A DNA stretch of 64,000 bases, from positions 1-64,000 of the forward strand of contig CAZPWM010000002.1 in assembly GCA_964590575.1 (NCBI GenBank), written 5' to 3'. Shown piece after piece: positions 1 to 10,792 of the stretch. Every line of letters starts with the position of its first letter. Positions within the stretch are counted from its first letter, which is position 1. The notes below the pieces were generated by a model. The model searched no databases and had not been told where the DNA came from. It saw nothing but the letters and a program-made list of their open reading frames with translations. The position numbers were made by a program, and so were the translations under genes. Source of the stretch: an uncultured archaeon. GTDB taxonomy: Archaea > Asgardarchaeota > Thorarchaeia > Thorarchaeales > Thorarchaeaceae.

Positions 1-2214
1 GCTATTGAGCAATTGATGTCCATCATTCGAATTTATGTTTCAGTTTTGAGAGATGGGGCGCAAGTAGAGATAGCATTAGACGATATTACACCCGGTGATA
101 TTATTGTTCTCAACGCTGGTGATATTGTTCCTGGCGATTGCAGAATAATCGAGTCAGAGGATCTATTCATAAACGAAGCAACTTTAACCGGTGAAACTTT
201 CGCTTCTGAGAAAAAAAGTGGAACGCTACCTGCTGAAACTCCCCTGAGTAAGCGAGCGAACTCTTTGTTCATGGGTACAAGTGTTGTCAGTGGAAATGCA
301 ACTGCAGTGGTCGTTCTTACTGGAATAGAAACTGAGTTTGGGCGAATCTCAGAGAGGCTCAAGATAAGACCCCCCTCCACTGAGTTTGAGCAGGGTATAT
401 CTAGATTCGGTTATCTTCTCATGGAACTCACATTTATTTTTGTAGTTGTCATTTTCCTTTTCAACGTCTATTTCTCACGTCCTGTGTTAGATTCTTTCAT
501 GTTCGCACTTGCGCTGGCTGTTGGTATAACACCTCAACTGTTACCAGCTGTGATAAGCGTCAATCTCGCACAGGGTGCTAGAAAGATGGCTAAAGGCCAG
601 GTGATAGTCAAACGGCTTAACTCGATAGAGAATTTTGGGACTATGGATCTTTTGTGTTCCGATAAGACTGGAACTGTGACAGAAGGTAGAGTTGTAGTGC
701 ATTCAGCTGTGGATACGAATCAAAACCCAAGTGAGCAAGTCCTATTGTATGCCTCTCTGAATGCCCATTTTCAGAGTGGATATACAAATCCTATTGATGT
801 CGCCATTAGTGCGACAATCGATAGTAGTTCTCTTCAAATAAGTAACTACTCAAAGATCGATGAAGTTCCGTATGACTTCATCAGAAAACGATTGAGTGTA
901 CTAGTTCATGACGGATTTGAGAACGTAATGATTACCAAGGGTGCAGTCCAAAATATCTTGAGCGTCTGTACCAACGCAGAGATTGCCTCGGATAAGATAG
1001 TTCAAATTGATAATGAAACAAGTTTAGCGATTCTAGATGCATATCGTAAGTTTAGCGCCCAAGGATATAGAACATTGGGCGTTGCGTATCGCAAATTTGG
1101 GAATAAAGAAACGATTGATAGGACCCAGGAAGCTGATATGACATTCTTAGGTCTCATCGTTCTCTATGATCCGCTAAAAGAGGGAGTTGATGATGTTCTC
1201 GCAGAACTTCGGAGAAGGAAGATAAACTTCAAGATGATCACGGGTGATAACGTATTTGTTGCAGGAAGTCTTGCTAAGGAGATTGGCTTAGATTCACAGA
1301 AAATTCTGACAGGTCCTAGTATTCGCCTAATTAGTGATGAGGCACTAATGGTCCAAGCTACTGAAATTGATATTTTTGCAGAGGTAGAACCAAACCAGAA
1401 GGAACGAATAATCCTGGCACTAAGAAAAGCAGGGCATGTCGTTGGATATATAGGTGATGGCATTAACGACGCTTCAGCACTTCACGCTGCAGATGTAGGC
1501 ATATCTGTGGAGGGTGCAGTGGATGTTGCTAAAGAGGCGGCTGATATAATTCTTCTTGAGAAAGACCTCAGAGTTCTCGTTGGTGGTATCGATGCTGGTC
1601 GAAAGACATTTGCTAATACTATGAAGTATATCTTTGTCACTATGAGTGGTAATTTTGGGAACATGATTAGTATGGCTATCGCATCATTAATACTCCCCTT
1701 TCTACCACTTCTACCCACGCAGATACTGTCAATAAATCTACTGACCGATTTTCCAGGAACCACGATATCGACCGATGAAGTCGACCCAGAACTTATTGAC
1801 TCTCCGAAGAGATGGAACATCAAGTTCATTGCAAAGTTTATGGCAGCTTTTGGTCTACAGAGCACTCTTTTTGATTTAATCACCTTTGCAGCACTACTCC
1901 TGTTCCTTCAAGTAACTGAATCAGTATTTCAAACAGGATGGTTTCTAGTTTCAGTCGTTACAGAACTTCTCATTATGCTTGTTATCAGGACACGAAAACT
2001 CTTCTATAAGAGTCGCCCAAGCAAGCAGCTTCTTGGCTCTACGTTCGCTATCCTTTTTGTAGCTCTTGTGCTGCCGTATTCACCAATTGCATTAGTTCTG
2101 GGTTTCTCACCTCTTCCGATGATCATTCTTGGTGGTCTTCTAGTAATTGTCATCTTCTATATTCTTACAACGGAACTGGTAAAGCATTTCTTTTACAAGC
2201 ATGTAGATTTCTGA
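1..2214 (+). CDS. mgtA: Magnesium-translocating P-type ATPase (MgtA-like), 5'-truncated by the window edge
   Basis: TGE actuator motif, DKTGT phosphorylation site, KGA, MITGD, GDGIND motifs and FQTGWF in the C-terminal TM region; frame is open from base 1. Confidence 0.85.
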   Translation, partial: AIEQLMSIIRIYVSVLRDGAQVEIALDDITPGDIIVLNAGDIVPGDCRIIESEDLFINEATLTGETFASEKKSGTLPAETPLSKRANSLFMGTSVVSGNATAVVVLTGIETEFGRISERLKIRPPSTEFEQGISRFGYLLMELTFIFVVVIFLFNVYFSRPVLDSFMFALALAVGITPQLLPAVISVNLAQGARKMAKGQVIVKRLNSIENFGTMDLLCSDKTGTVTEGRVVVHSAVDTNQNPSEQVLLYASLNAHFQSGYTNPIDVAISATIDSSSLQISNYSKIDEVPYDFIRKRLSVLVHDGFENVMITKGAVQNILSVCTNAEIASDKIVQIDNETSLAILDAYRKFSAQGYRTLGVAYRKFGNKETIDRTQEADMTFLGLIVLYDPLKEGVDDVLAELRRRKINFKMITGDNVFVAGSLAKEIGLDSQKILTGPSIRLISDEALMVQATEIDIFAEVEPNQKERIILALRKAGHVVGYIGDGINDASALHAADVGISVEGAVDVAKEAADIILLEKDLRVLVGGIDAGRKTFANTMKYIFVTMSGNFGNMISMAIASLILPFLPLLPTQILSINLLTDFPGTTISTDEVDPELIDSPKRWNIKFIAKFMAAFGLQSTLFDLITFAALLLFLQVTESVFQTGWFLVSVVTELLIMLVIRTRKLFYKSRPSKQLLGSTFAILFVALVLPYSPIALVLGFSPLPMIILGGLLVIVIFYILTTELVKHFFYKHVDF

Positions 2215-2283
2215 AAAAGAATGTAGGATTTTTACATGTATTATGTTTTGAACGATTGATTAGATTGTACATCCCTCTTTATA

Positions 2284-3315
2284 TTGACAATACAGATAAT
2301 CTCTCAATTGGTCAAATCCCTCATGACAAACCTAATCGATGGAGTATCTAGAATTGAGGTACCCACACCATTTCCTGTAGGCAACGTTAATTGCTACCTG
2401 ATAGAAGGCTCACCACTCACCCTGATTGACACTGGCCCAAGGACCCCCAAAAGTCTAACAACAATTCGAAACGAGCTTCAGAGCATATCGTATGATTTGT
2501 CTGAAATTGAGCAGATTCTGCTTACGCACAATCATATTGACCATATTGGACTAGCGGCCCAATTTGTCAGAGAACGAGCCCGTATTCATGACAATCCCAC
2601 AGAGGTTTGGATCCATCATAAAGATGCTAAGGCACTCATCAATTATGAGAAGCATGCAGACAACTACATTGAGTCTTTTGTAAAGTTGATTTCAATATCT
2701 GGTGTTCCCAAAAAGGAAACACTGAAACTGGATCCAAAAAGACTCGTAGAATATTATATGTCACTAAGAGAGTCTGTTCCAACAGCTCAGAGTTTCAGTG
2801 ATAACGCATCTTTTAAAACTGGTATTGGTGAAGTTACTGCTGTTTGGGTTCCAGGTCACTCTTCTGGATCAACATGTTTTGTCTGTGACGAACAACAAGT
2901 CATCTTCAGTGGAGATCATATTTTAGGAGATATCAGTTCAAACCCAAGCATTTCATTCGATAGCTCGGAAAAAATAGGCATGCTAACCTACCTTGAATCT
3001 TTGAATCGAATCTCATCCAGAGAAAGCTACATTGCATTTCCTGGTCACAGAGAACCAATACTTGACATTAAATCCAGAACTGAAACATTGCGTGCTGAAT
3101 ATGACGACAAAATCCAGAAAACTGCAGCTTCATTGACATCCAATCCCATAACAGTCTATGAGATATCACGATTACTCTATGGGGATTATAATACCAGTTC
3201 ACTTGTCCTTGCCTTAGCTGAGAGTCACGATATTGTTAGAATTTTAGAACGTAGGAATCAAGCTAAGCTATCCAATCAGGATGGAGTTATCCATGTGGTA
3301 AGACTTGATGCTTGA
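2284..3315 (+). CDS. Metallo-beta-lactamase-fold hydrolase
   Basis: THNHIDH, PGHS, SGDH and PGH motifs. Confidence 0.85.
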   Translation: MTIQIISQLVKSLMTNLIDGVSRIEVPTPFPVGNVNCYLIEGSPLTLIDTGPRTPKSLTTIRNELQSISYDLSEIEQILLTHNHIDHIGLAAQFVRERARIHDNPTEVWIHHKDAKALINYEKHADNYIESFVKLISISGVPKKETLKLDPKRLVEYYMSLRESVPTAQSFSDNASFKTGIGEVTAVWVPGHSSGSTCFVCDEQQVIFSGDHILGDISSNPSISFDSSEKIGMLTYLESLNRISSRESYIAFPGHREPILDIKSRTETLRAEYDDKIQKTAASLTSNPITVYEISRLLYGDYNTSSLVLALAESHDIVRILERRNQAKLSNQDGVIHVVRLDA

Positions 3316-3414
3316 GCATCCCCAACGCTTTCAGATTGAATTCCCTGCTATATCCATCCTAAAACAACAAATGATTGGTGAAACCTTTTATCAAAGATAG
3401 TCGCTCTGTATGCT

Positions 3415-3978
3415 ATGACTCTTGATAAAAACACAACAGTACAGTATTACCCAAATTGGGTTCGAGGTTTGGATGTAATCACCGGTATCGTGGCTTTGAT
3501 TGTAGGATTTTGGATTCTTCTGGACGTATCATTGGTTCAGCTTTCAATTCTATTCCTGTTCTCATTTGCTCTCCTTTTAATCGGCATTACTAGAATTGTA
3601 AAAGTAGCTACAACCTCTGATGAGGTCATGAAGAGTTCTAGTAGGGTCTTCAATGCAGTGGCTGGAGTAGTCGCGATTATTGCAGCTGCTTATGTCTTCC
3701 TGTTTCCATTGTTAACAATACTCGTATCAATCGCAATTTTAGGTGTGGCATTGATGGTTACTGGAACAGCTAGGCTGTATATGGGTGTTGTTGAGGAGGA
3801 CCTACCGACTTGGATGAGAGGTATCAATGTGATTGTAGGTCTTTTGACAATCGGTTTATCCCTCATTGCTATCGCATTGCCTGGATTTGGATTCCTAGTA
3901 CTAGCTGTATTCATCGCATTCACATTCATCTTTAATGCATTCGCTAGATTATCCAGTGGCATATCAGGACACTACTAG
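3415..3978 (+). CDS. HdeD/DUF308-like membrane protein
   Basis: About six TM helices with repeated G..R motifs; paralog of 5454-5996 (YPNWVRGLDV vs YPNWIRGIDV). Confidence 0.65.
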   Translation: MTLDKNTTVQYYPNWVRGLDVITGIVALIVGFWILLDVSLVQLSILFLFSFALLLIGITRIVKVATTSDEVMKSSSRVFNAVAGVVAIIAAAYVFLFPLLTILVSIAILGVALMVTGTARLYMGVVEEDLPTWMRGINVIVGLLTIGLSLIAIALPGFGFLVLAVFIAFTFIFNAFARLSSGISGHY

Positions 3979-3996
3979 TTACTAGTAAAAGAAAAG

Positions 3997-4031
3997 TGGT
4001 TACTGAGCTTGAAAAAAATGGTCAGTAACCA
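3997..4031. terminator. Inverted repeat after the DUF308 gene
   Basis: TGGTTACTGA...TCAGTAACCA 10-bp stem. Confidence 0.4.
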
Positions 4032-4184
4032 TCCAATCCATTTCATATGAAGATATTAATTACCCAGTTCTCCAATAATACTGAAGACACTCCTCATCAA
4101 ATCTCCCTATATCTACCAGAAAAGGCAATCTCACATGTCGTACGATTAATAAGATAGTTTCATGGTGCTTGTTATGGGGATATA

Positions 4185-4772
4185 TTGTCGGAAAACATCA
4201 ACCTTGAAGCAAGTATGGACATAATGTCGATAGCTTCCAAGTATATTGTACTCAGCGTCATTGCTGTTGCTGTGGGATCGGTGAGTATCGTATACTCAAT
4301 TCTGATATATTTGGTCTATGGATTGGAATTCTTAGTTGTTGTGGTTTTTGGAGCATTCTTTACAGGTGCGGCTTTCCTAATCATTGGGACTTTTTTGTCG
4401 TTCTGGGGTTTATTCTGGTTGAGAAATGAAGGTTCTAGACTGAGAAAAAGTATCGAAGGTGAAAAGGAATCAAAGAAGAAAACCACCAAGAAGCATAGCA
4501 AAGTGACCTGGGATACCATCGCTGAACACTCTTATGGTCGAATTGCATGGTACGCTTCGAGATTTTTGATATTCTCTTCGATAGGAATTGTGATTGGATT
4601 TATTGCTCTCGTTTATGGTGTTCTGAACATGTTCTTCTTTGCTGCACCACTACAGGACTTGAACGTGATTCTAGGCGTATTCATAGGAATCGGTTCGATT
4701 GTTGCATCGGTAGTTATTCTAGTGTGGGGCCTGTTCTGGAGACGTCAGGCTGAGAAAAAAAGGATATTCTAA
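4185..4772 (+). CDS. Hypothetical membrane protein with internal duplication
   Basis: Two similar 2-TM units, each ending in WGLFW. Confidence 0.65.
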   Translation: MSENINLEASMDIMSIASKYIVLSVIAVAVGSVSIVYSILIYLVYGLEFLVVVVFGAFFTGAAFLIIGTFLSFWGLFWLRNEGSRLRKSIEGEKESKKKTTKKHSKVTWDTIAEHSYGRIAWYASRFLIFSSIGIVIGFIALVYGVLNMFFFAAPLQDLNVILGVFIGIGSIVASVVILVWGLFWRRQAEKKRIF

Positions 4773-4843
4773 GAGTGAAAAATCCCTGATACTACATAAT
4801 CTGAGATGGTTCCCCTGCAGTTTGCTTTATGTGCCCAGTGACA

Positions 4844-5446
4844 TCAAATACCGACAGTCTTTGACTTGGTTTTATCCCATCCTAGTTTCTTGGCTTTCTT
4901 GTACGCATCACTTGCCTCTTCATAATTACCCAAAATCCAAAGAGTAAGGCGAAGTTGGTTCCACAACTCAGGATCTTTTGGATGCTTTTCAAGTTCATCA
5001 CGAATTCCTTTCTCAGTTCTTTTGTGGTGTGCCATCTCTCTCTCATTCTGAGTATGCATCGCTTGTAGCACTCCCTGTATAAAGGGTCCTTGTTTCTTGA
5101 GGACATATGACTGAAACTCAATTGGTGTTTCTTTGAGAAATGCATTGATAGCTTCGTTGGGAGTATCTTTCTCGCGTCTAAGTTCACCCTGAATGAGTCT
5201 TCGTTCATATGTGGCCTGCATGAAGTTCATAAGTTCCTCAAGATGAATAGTAACCTCGTCATTCTCACCAAGATCATCCAGTGCCTCCTTCCACTCATAA
5301 TAGAGAATTTCAGTTCCTACCGTATAGAGTGTGTTAGGAGTAAGTTTGAGCTTCTTGAGGTCACTAAGCAAACTCTTTACAGTGTATGCATCTCTTATAG
5401 GAAGTCGTGACATCTTTTTATCGACTACCACGTATTCACACTCCAA
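4844..5446 (-). CDS. Hypothetical protein with C-terminal TPR
   Basis: PKDPELWNQLRLTLWILGNYEEASDAYKKA fits the TPR consensus. Confidence 0.7.
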   Translation of the reverse strand: MECEYVVVDKKMSRLPIRDAYTVKSLLSDLKKLKLTPNTLYTVGTEILYYEWKEALDDLGENDEVTIHLEELMNFMQATYERRLIQGELRREKDTPNEAINAFLKETPIEFQSYVLKKQGPFIQGVLQAMHTQNEREMAHHKRTEKGIRDELEKHPKDPELWNQLRLTLWILGNYEEASDAYKKAKKLGWDKTKSKTVGI

Positions 5447-5453
5447 TCCTTTT

Positions 5454-5996
5454 CTAGGTCAATTCACCTTTCGATGCGGCTGCAATTCGAACTAATCCTA
5501 GAACAATGAAGACGACGGACAGCATCAGTCTGAGTGTTAAGAATCCCAGACCTGAAAAGATTGCCGCTAAGAATCCAAAGAAGAAGGCAATCCCACCCCC
5601 TATAATGTTTGACCATCTCACCCATGTTGCTTTTTCCTTCTCGTTGTAACCAACAACAATTCTTGATAATCCCACTAACATTATCGCGAAAGTTAGCATA
5701 GTGATCAGAAATATGACAGTCAAGCTACTGAAAACAAACGACAGAATCGAAAGGGTGATTGCGGCTACACCACTTATTATTTTTACCACACGACTGGTTA
5801 TTGTTAGACCACTCATGGTGATACCTTTTCCGAATCTTATCACTCCGATGAGGAATAGACCAATTGCCATCGTGACTACCAGTGTTGCCTCAACAAGGTC
5901 TGGACTAAAAAGAATCCACACCCCTATTAGGACTGTGACCAGTCCGACAAACACATCAATACCTCTAATCCAATTAGGATATTCTTCTAGCGCCAT
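5454..5996 (-). CDS. HdeD/DUF308-like membrane protein (paralog)
   Basis: Six TM segments; similar to 3415-3978. Confidence 0.65.
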   Translation of the reverse strand: MALEEYPNWIRGIDVFVGLVTVLIGVWILFSPDLVEATLVVTMAIGLFLIGVIRFGKGITMSGLTITSRVVKIISGVAAITLSILSFVFSSLTVIFLITMLTFAIMLVGLSRIVVGYNEKEKATWVRWSNIIGGGIAFFFGFLAAIFSGLGFLTLRLMLSVVFIVLGLVRIAAASKGELT

Positions 5997-6063
5997 AAGC
6001 CCGACGATTTACGTTCAATGATAATGAGTTTTTTGATTAATTACCCATCTGCAACAAAAAACG

Positions 6064-7347
6064 TTAGTTCTTCGTATATTCATTCTGAATTCTTTCTTTC
6101 ACTGGATCCTCAGCTTTTAGAAGTACAAAGAATGCTAGTATGAGAATTATCGAGGCTACAACAAACGGAAAAACTCCAATCAGGCCCGAGTGGGTTTCTC
6201 CTACTACAGGGGTGGCTGTTATGTCTGCCAAGAACCCAAGTAGAAGAGGTCCTATTACGAATCCAAGGTCGCTTATCATACGGTAGAGTCCCATTGATAT
6301 CTCGAGTTTGTCTTTCGGAGACACATCTGTGATATAGGCTGCACTTGGTCCAGATAGACCAATGACCGCTCCATAGATTGCTATAGCCATTGATAGAGTT
6401 AGTAAGTCGGTAGAAAATGGAATTGCTATTGTGATACCTGCAGTCAATAAAAGGCACAATGCAAGAGGAACCTTTCTCCCTATTCTATCTGAAATGCCTC
6501 CCATTGGTGTCATTGTAACAGCGGTCGTTATTCCTCCTATCGTAAGAATAAAACCAATGGCACCCGAATCCAATCCTAGATTGTTTGCTGCGAAAAGAGG
6601 GACTAATGTACTCCTCACACCAGTTCGTAGGAAGAACATAGTGAAGACTGCGAATGTCACAAGAAGAAAAGAGGGATTGGAAAAAACTTGACGCATGTCA
6701 CGAACGATTTCTCTAAAATTGAGAGAAGCCATATCTCCGGAGTTAGTTAAACTGGGGAGTGCAAGTGTTGGGACAACAGCCAGACCTGTTAATAAGGCAT
6801 AGATGAAAAAGGGTGCACGAATGCCATATAGGTCCGCGACAACTCCTCCAAATGTTGGTCCAAAAACAGACCCAAGAAGTAGCATCCCCATGTACAAACT
6901 CATCCATTGCCCTCTTTTCTCCTCTCCAGATATTTGAGCAAGAAACACCGTGGCTGTGGTGACGTAGAGTGCTGAACCTACACCTTCTATCATTCTAGCA
7001 ACTACTAGCGTGATGTAGTCAGGAGCGAGACCTGCTACCACAGATGAAGTTGAGAGAAGGATCAATCCGGAGATCATGATTTTCTTTTTGTCGTACCTCC
7101 TTGAGAGAAGCCCAGCAGGCATATCGAGAACCATTCGTGTTACAGCAAATGATGAAACTACGAAGCCAACAAGAGTATAGGAAACCTGAAAGCTCTCAGC
7201 GTAGGTGGGAAGGATAGGTGCAACCATGCTTAGACCTAGAAGGACCAAGAAAGTCACTAGCGAGAGGTTGAGGACAGTAATCACACTACCCTCATATTTC
7301 GAATTTGGTGTACTCTCTCCATCTAGTTCATAATGTTCTTCCGACAA
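6064..7347 (-). CDS. MFS transporter
   Basis: 12 TM segments; motif A variants GLLSRRYDKK and GGISDRIGRK. Confidence 0.9.
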   Translation of the reverse strand: MSEEHYELDGESTPNSKYEGSVITVLNLSLVTFLVLLGLSMVAPILPTYAESFQVSYTLVGFVVSSFAVTRMVLDMPAGLLSRRYDKKKIMISGLILLSTSSVVAGLAPDYITLVVARMIEGVGSALYVTTATVFLAQISGEEKRGQWMSLYMGMLLLGSVFGPTFGGVVADLYGIRAPFFIYALLTGLAVVPTLALPSLTNSGDMASLNFREIVRDMRQVFSNPSFLLVTFAVFTMFFLRTGVRSTLVPLFAANNLGLDSGAIGFILTIGGITTAVTMTPMGGISDRIGRKVPLALCLLLTAGITIAIPFSTDLLTLSMAIAIYGAVIGLSGPSAAYITDVSPKDKLEISMGLYRMISDLGFVIGPLLLGFLADITATPVVGETHSGLIGVFPFVVASIILILAFFVLLKAEDPVKERIQNEYTKN

Positions 7348-7454
7348 GACCAGTGACCGTCCTTGATGACTCGGACCATCAGCCTCTGGTTAAAGTACTT
7401 TCAGTTTGCACTGCGTTTCTCTAACTCATAAATGAATGCACAAACTCGACAGGA

Positions 7455-8588
7455 TTATTCCATTCTTTTCTTCAAATCTAGCTCATGGACACGGGCCCTT
7501 ACAGTTGCTTCAATTTTATCAATCTGTTTTCGGATGCTCTCAATATTTGCCAGTCTTCTCTCTACCTCGCCCTTCTTTTCTTTATCCAGCTCTACGTGTT
7601 CATCATAAGCATCCGCCCATTCTTGTCTGGTTTGAGTAAGCTGTTGTCTTAGATGCTCGTACATTATCTTCTTCACATGCACAGTGTTTCTAAGGTTGAG
7701 AAGCTTGGTTTCGATTTCTAATGAAAAATCACGGAACTCTTCCTCTGACTCCTTGAGTTTTGCGCGCAGCTCAATCAGCTCAGCCATGTCTTTTCCAATT
7801 TCAACCTCTTGAAGTGGGTGATAATCCTTAGCGACTGGTGTTTCTGTGACAGGTTCTGTCATTGCACCAGTAGTTACGCCACTTGCAACTGTAGGTGTAT
7901 TGGAGCTATATTCAGAGGGCTGACTTTGTTCCATGGCTCTCACTGATACTTCATGTATTGTAGTAATGGTCTGACGATCTTCAGGATTGATCATCATCCT
8001 AGTCAGTTTGTCAAATGCCATATCGATATTCTCACCGGTCAATGCTGAGGTTTCGATGAAGATTGTTGGAGTGTTCAGCTTGTCGCTAAATTTCTTGGTG
8101 AATTCAAGGCCTTCTTCGTATGAGATTATGTCCTCTTTCGGATGATATGACCGAAGGTCTATCTTGTTACCTACTATTATCAGGGCTGGGAATTTCTCCA
8201 TGAATCCTTTCGCCTCGACGAGCCACTTGGTGGCATCATCAAATGATTCTCTATCAACTACTGAATAGACAAGAATCAGCCCACTACACCCCTCGTAGTA
8301 TCGTCTGCGGAGACTCTGGAACTGAGGTTGTCCCGCGATGTCCCATATAACCAGACGGACAGTTTCGTCGTTGGAGAGCATCACTGTTTTTTGTGCAAAA
8401 TCAACACCCAGCGATGGGATATAATTTGACCTGAATCCCTGTCCAAGATACTTTCGACGGATGCTGGTCTTCCCAACATAACCATCACCAATTAGACAGA
8501 TTTTAAATTGCCAGATGCGAGATGCTGCCATACGATTTAGCTCCATTCCCTCAAGGGGCAGCGCAATTATTCTAAATCTAAAATTCAC
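7455..8588 (-). CDS. Rab-like small GTPase with C-terminal coiled coil (true start probably MAASRIW near 8531)
   Basis: G1 GDGYVGKTS, G3 WDIAGQ, G4 NKID, G5 ETSAL; S/T/P-rich linker followed by a heptad-rich tail. Confidence 0.9.
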   Translation of the reverse strand: MNFRFRIIALPLEGMELNRMAASRIWQFKICLIGDGYVGKTSIRRKYLGQGFRSNYIPSLGVDFAQKTVMLSNDETVRLVIWDIAGQPQFQSLRRRYYEGCSGLILVYSVVDRESFDDATKWLVEAKGFMEKFPALIIVGNKIDLRSYHPKEDIISYEEGLEFTKKFSDKLNTPTIFIETSALTGENIDMAFDKLTRMMINPEDRQTITTIHEVSVRAMEQSQPSEYSSNTPTVASGVTTGAMTEPVTETPVAKDYHPLQEVEIGKDMAELIELRAKLKESEEEFRDFSLEIETKLLNLRNTVHVKKIMYEHLRQQLTQTRQEWADAYDEHVELDKEKKGEVERRLANIESIRKQIDKIEATVRARVHELDLKKRME

Positions 8589-8656
8589 TTATAGTGATAT
8601 TTCGACTGTGTCAATGAATGAAAATTATCTGGTTTTGCAATTTTTGGGGTGCCTGC

Positions 8657-8773
8657 TTAGGTCTGTCTTCCCGTTAATCTGGCTATTGTTCTCATTTCTT
8701 CTACGACTTTCTTATAGTCGCTGTTTTTAGCCATAACCAGTGTTTGGTTCCGAATTTGTTGTACCGCAGCCAT
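8657..8773 (-). CDS. Possible small protein (38 aa, MAAVQQIRNQ...)
   Basis: ATG preceded by a GGTG SD-like motif; intergenic and co-oriented with its neighbours. Confidence 0.35.
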   Translation of the reverse strand: MAAVQQIRNQTLVMAKNSDYKKVVEEMRTIARLTGRQT

Positions 8774-8868
8774 CTCTCTCACACCACTAGATGTATACAT
8801 ATGGAATACATCAGTATACATAATGTATTCAAACAGATATAAACATATCCTCAAATCCAGAGAAATGA

Positions 8869-10446
8869 CTATTGTCCTTCGTCATATCTACCATCGTCAA
8901 GAATGGGTTGTTCCTTGATTTGATCCCTCTTCTTTCTTGTAGCTCTTTTCGTTGCTTTGACGGGAGCCTCGAAGGTATGTCGCAGACCATCGATTGTTGA
9001 AACAGTCCTTACATTTCGTCTGGTTTCTGCAATCAAAGCTTCAATCACAACCCTCTCATCTACATCTCCCGTTTCATTCACAAGTGTAATCCTATGTATG
9101 GCATATATCCCTATGATTGAAGATATGATAAATAAGAAATCAATACCAGACAAACGATATGTTGGGATTAACGTGAACAAAACTCCATCAATGAACCATG
9201 AAAGTGAGAACTCGATAGTGTGATGTGCAAACAAATCTGCTAATAATCCAGCCACTACAGGAGCAATTGACCCCGCTATAGCTATGACCGAGCCTCTTGC
9301 TGCAAGGTACGTGGCAGACTCACCACGAGGTGCTAATTTCAGACCAATATTGTTAGTACTCAAATTGACTCCTGCAGCAGAAAAACCATTGAGAATGTGT
9401 ATTGCGACAATCAAAGGAATGAGGACACCATAGTTTTTTGCAATAGAGCTAAAGGTCCATAGAAATGTGCCAATGGTGAACAAGGGTAGTGTTACTTGCA
9501 GGATAGATTTGTTGCTATATCGATCAGCAAGACGACCCCAGAGTCTTAAAAAAATCACACTCGTAAGTTGAGTCAAAGCCACAAGACCTGCAACAAATAC
9601 GACCTCTAATCCAAGTATGTTCACATCAAGTAGATAGACTGTGAAGAATGGGCTTGCGAAGGAAGTGCTTAGACTCCACACAGCAGAGAAAATCATCAGA
9701 TTCCTATAATTCTCACTTTGGAACGGTTCTGCTAATAATTGAGAGAAACTGAGTTCCTCATGTCTGGTGTGCATTGGCGGTTCAGGTGTGGTGTTTGTAT
9801 AATAGATAGCTATCATTCCAAAAAGAAATGCGATAAAGAAGAGAACTGAGTATGCAGATAATTGAGCAAAAGTATTGCCTGGGTCTGTGATTGCCAACCA
9901 ATTACTGATGAAGAAACCTCCTGAAAGAGAAGCGACAATAGCTACCAGACCCATTAGTGCCATCCTTGTTGAAAAGAACTGACCAAGACGATCTGGAGGA
10001 ATCACATCCCGCATCCAAGAGTTCCAGCTCGGTGAACCAATAGCAGTAAACACACTTTGGATAAACATTGCTCCAATTAGAAGCAATAGACCAATCTGGC
10101 CAACTGCTATGAATGGGATTAAAGCCATGAGGAGGATTCCTAATCGATTTCCCAACTGCGTGAATGAGTTTAATCTACGCCTGTTTCTGTACTTCTCAAT
10201 AAGGATTATTGATGGTATCTGTAAAAGCTGAGTGATTGCTGGAATTGCTGCTAGGATTCCAATAACTGTGTTCGGGGCTTGAAGGAGAAGAGCAAAACCA
10301 ACAAGGAAGACACTCTCTGTAAAGGTAGTCTTGACTTGAACGGTGACCCCTTGTTTCACCATCTTGCCAAGAGCCTTCTCTGTTTCCTCGGATGACAATG
10401 AAGGCTTTACTTCTTGAGTCAATTTATTGAATTTCTCCAATTTCAC
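8869..10446 (-). CDS. MFS transporter
   Basis: Multiple TM segments; WGRLADRYSNK motif. Confidence 0.85.
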   Translation of the reverse strand: MKLEKFNKLTQEVKPSLSSEETEKALGKMVKQGVTVQVKTTFTESVFLVGFALLLQAPNTVIGILAAIPAITQLLQIPSIILIEKYRNRRRLNSFTQLGNRLGILLMALIPFIAVGQIGLLLLIGAMFIQSVFTAIGSPSWNSWMRDVIPPDRLGQFFSTRMALMGLVAIVASLSGGFFISNWLAITDPGNTFAQLSAYSVLFFIAFLFGMIAIYYTNTTPEPPMHTRHEELSFSQLLAEPFQSENYRNLMIFSAVWSLSTSFASPFFTVYLLDVNILGLEVVFVAGLVALTQLTSVIFLRLWGRLADRYSNKSILQVTLPLFTIGTFLWTFSSIAKNYGVLIPLIVAIHILNGFSAAGVNLSTNNIGLKLAPRGESATYLAARGSVIAIAGSIAPVVAGLLADLFAHHTIEFSLSWFIDGVLFTLIPTYRLSGIDFLFIISSIIGIYAIHRITLVNETGDVDERVVIEALIAETRRNVRTVSTIDGLRHTFEAPVKATKRATRKKRDQIKEQPILDDGRYDEGQ

Positions 10447-10792
10447 CTGTGAGTTTCGGAATCAGTCTAAATCTCTAATGAAGATATGCGTTCAAATCAA
10501 TGAATCAATTGCAATAATGTGTGAACGTGCGCAGTAACAGAACTGTTTAACCTGAACGAGAAGTATGAAAAACGAAGCTGAAGGGAAAAACTGCTAATGT
10601 AACTGGAGTTGGTGTGGGTATTGACAAAGGAGTAGTAATCCTATGTGCTGATATCTCTGACACCGATTTCAGAATTGCCAGTACAAACCATGGCAATATA
10701 GTTCATTGAATTTTCGGATACATCTCTTGACTATTCTTCTACGAAACCGCGCAACCGGAATCCTTTTTGAATCTTAATTTGATATATTTCAT

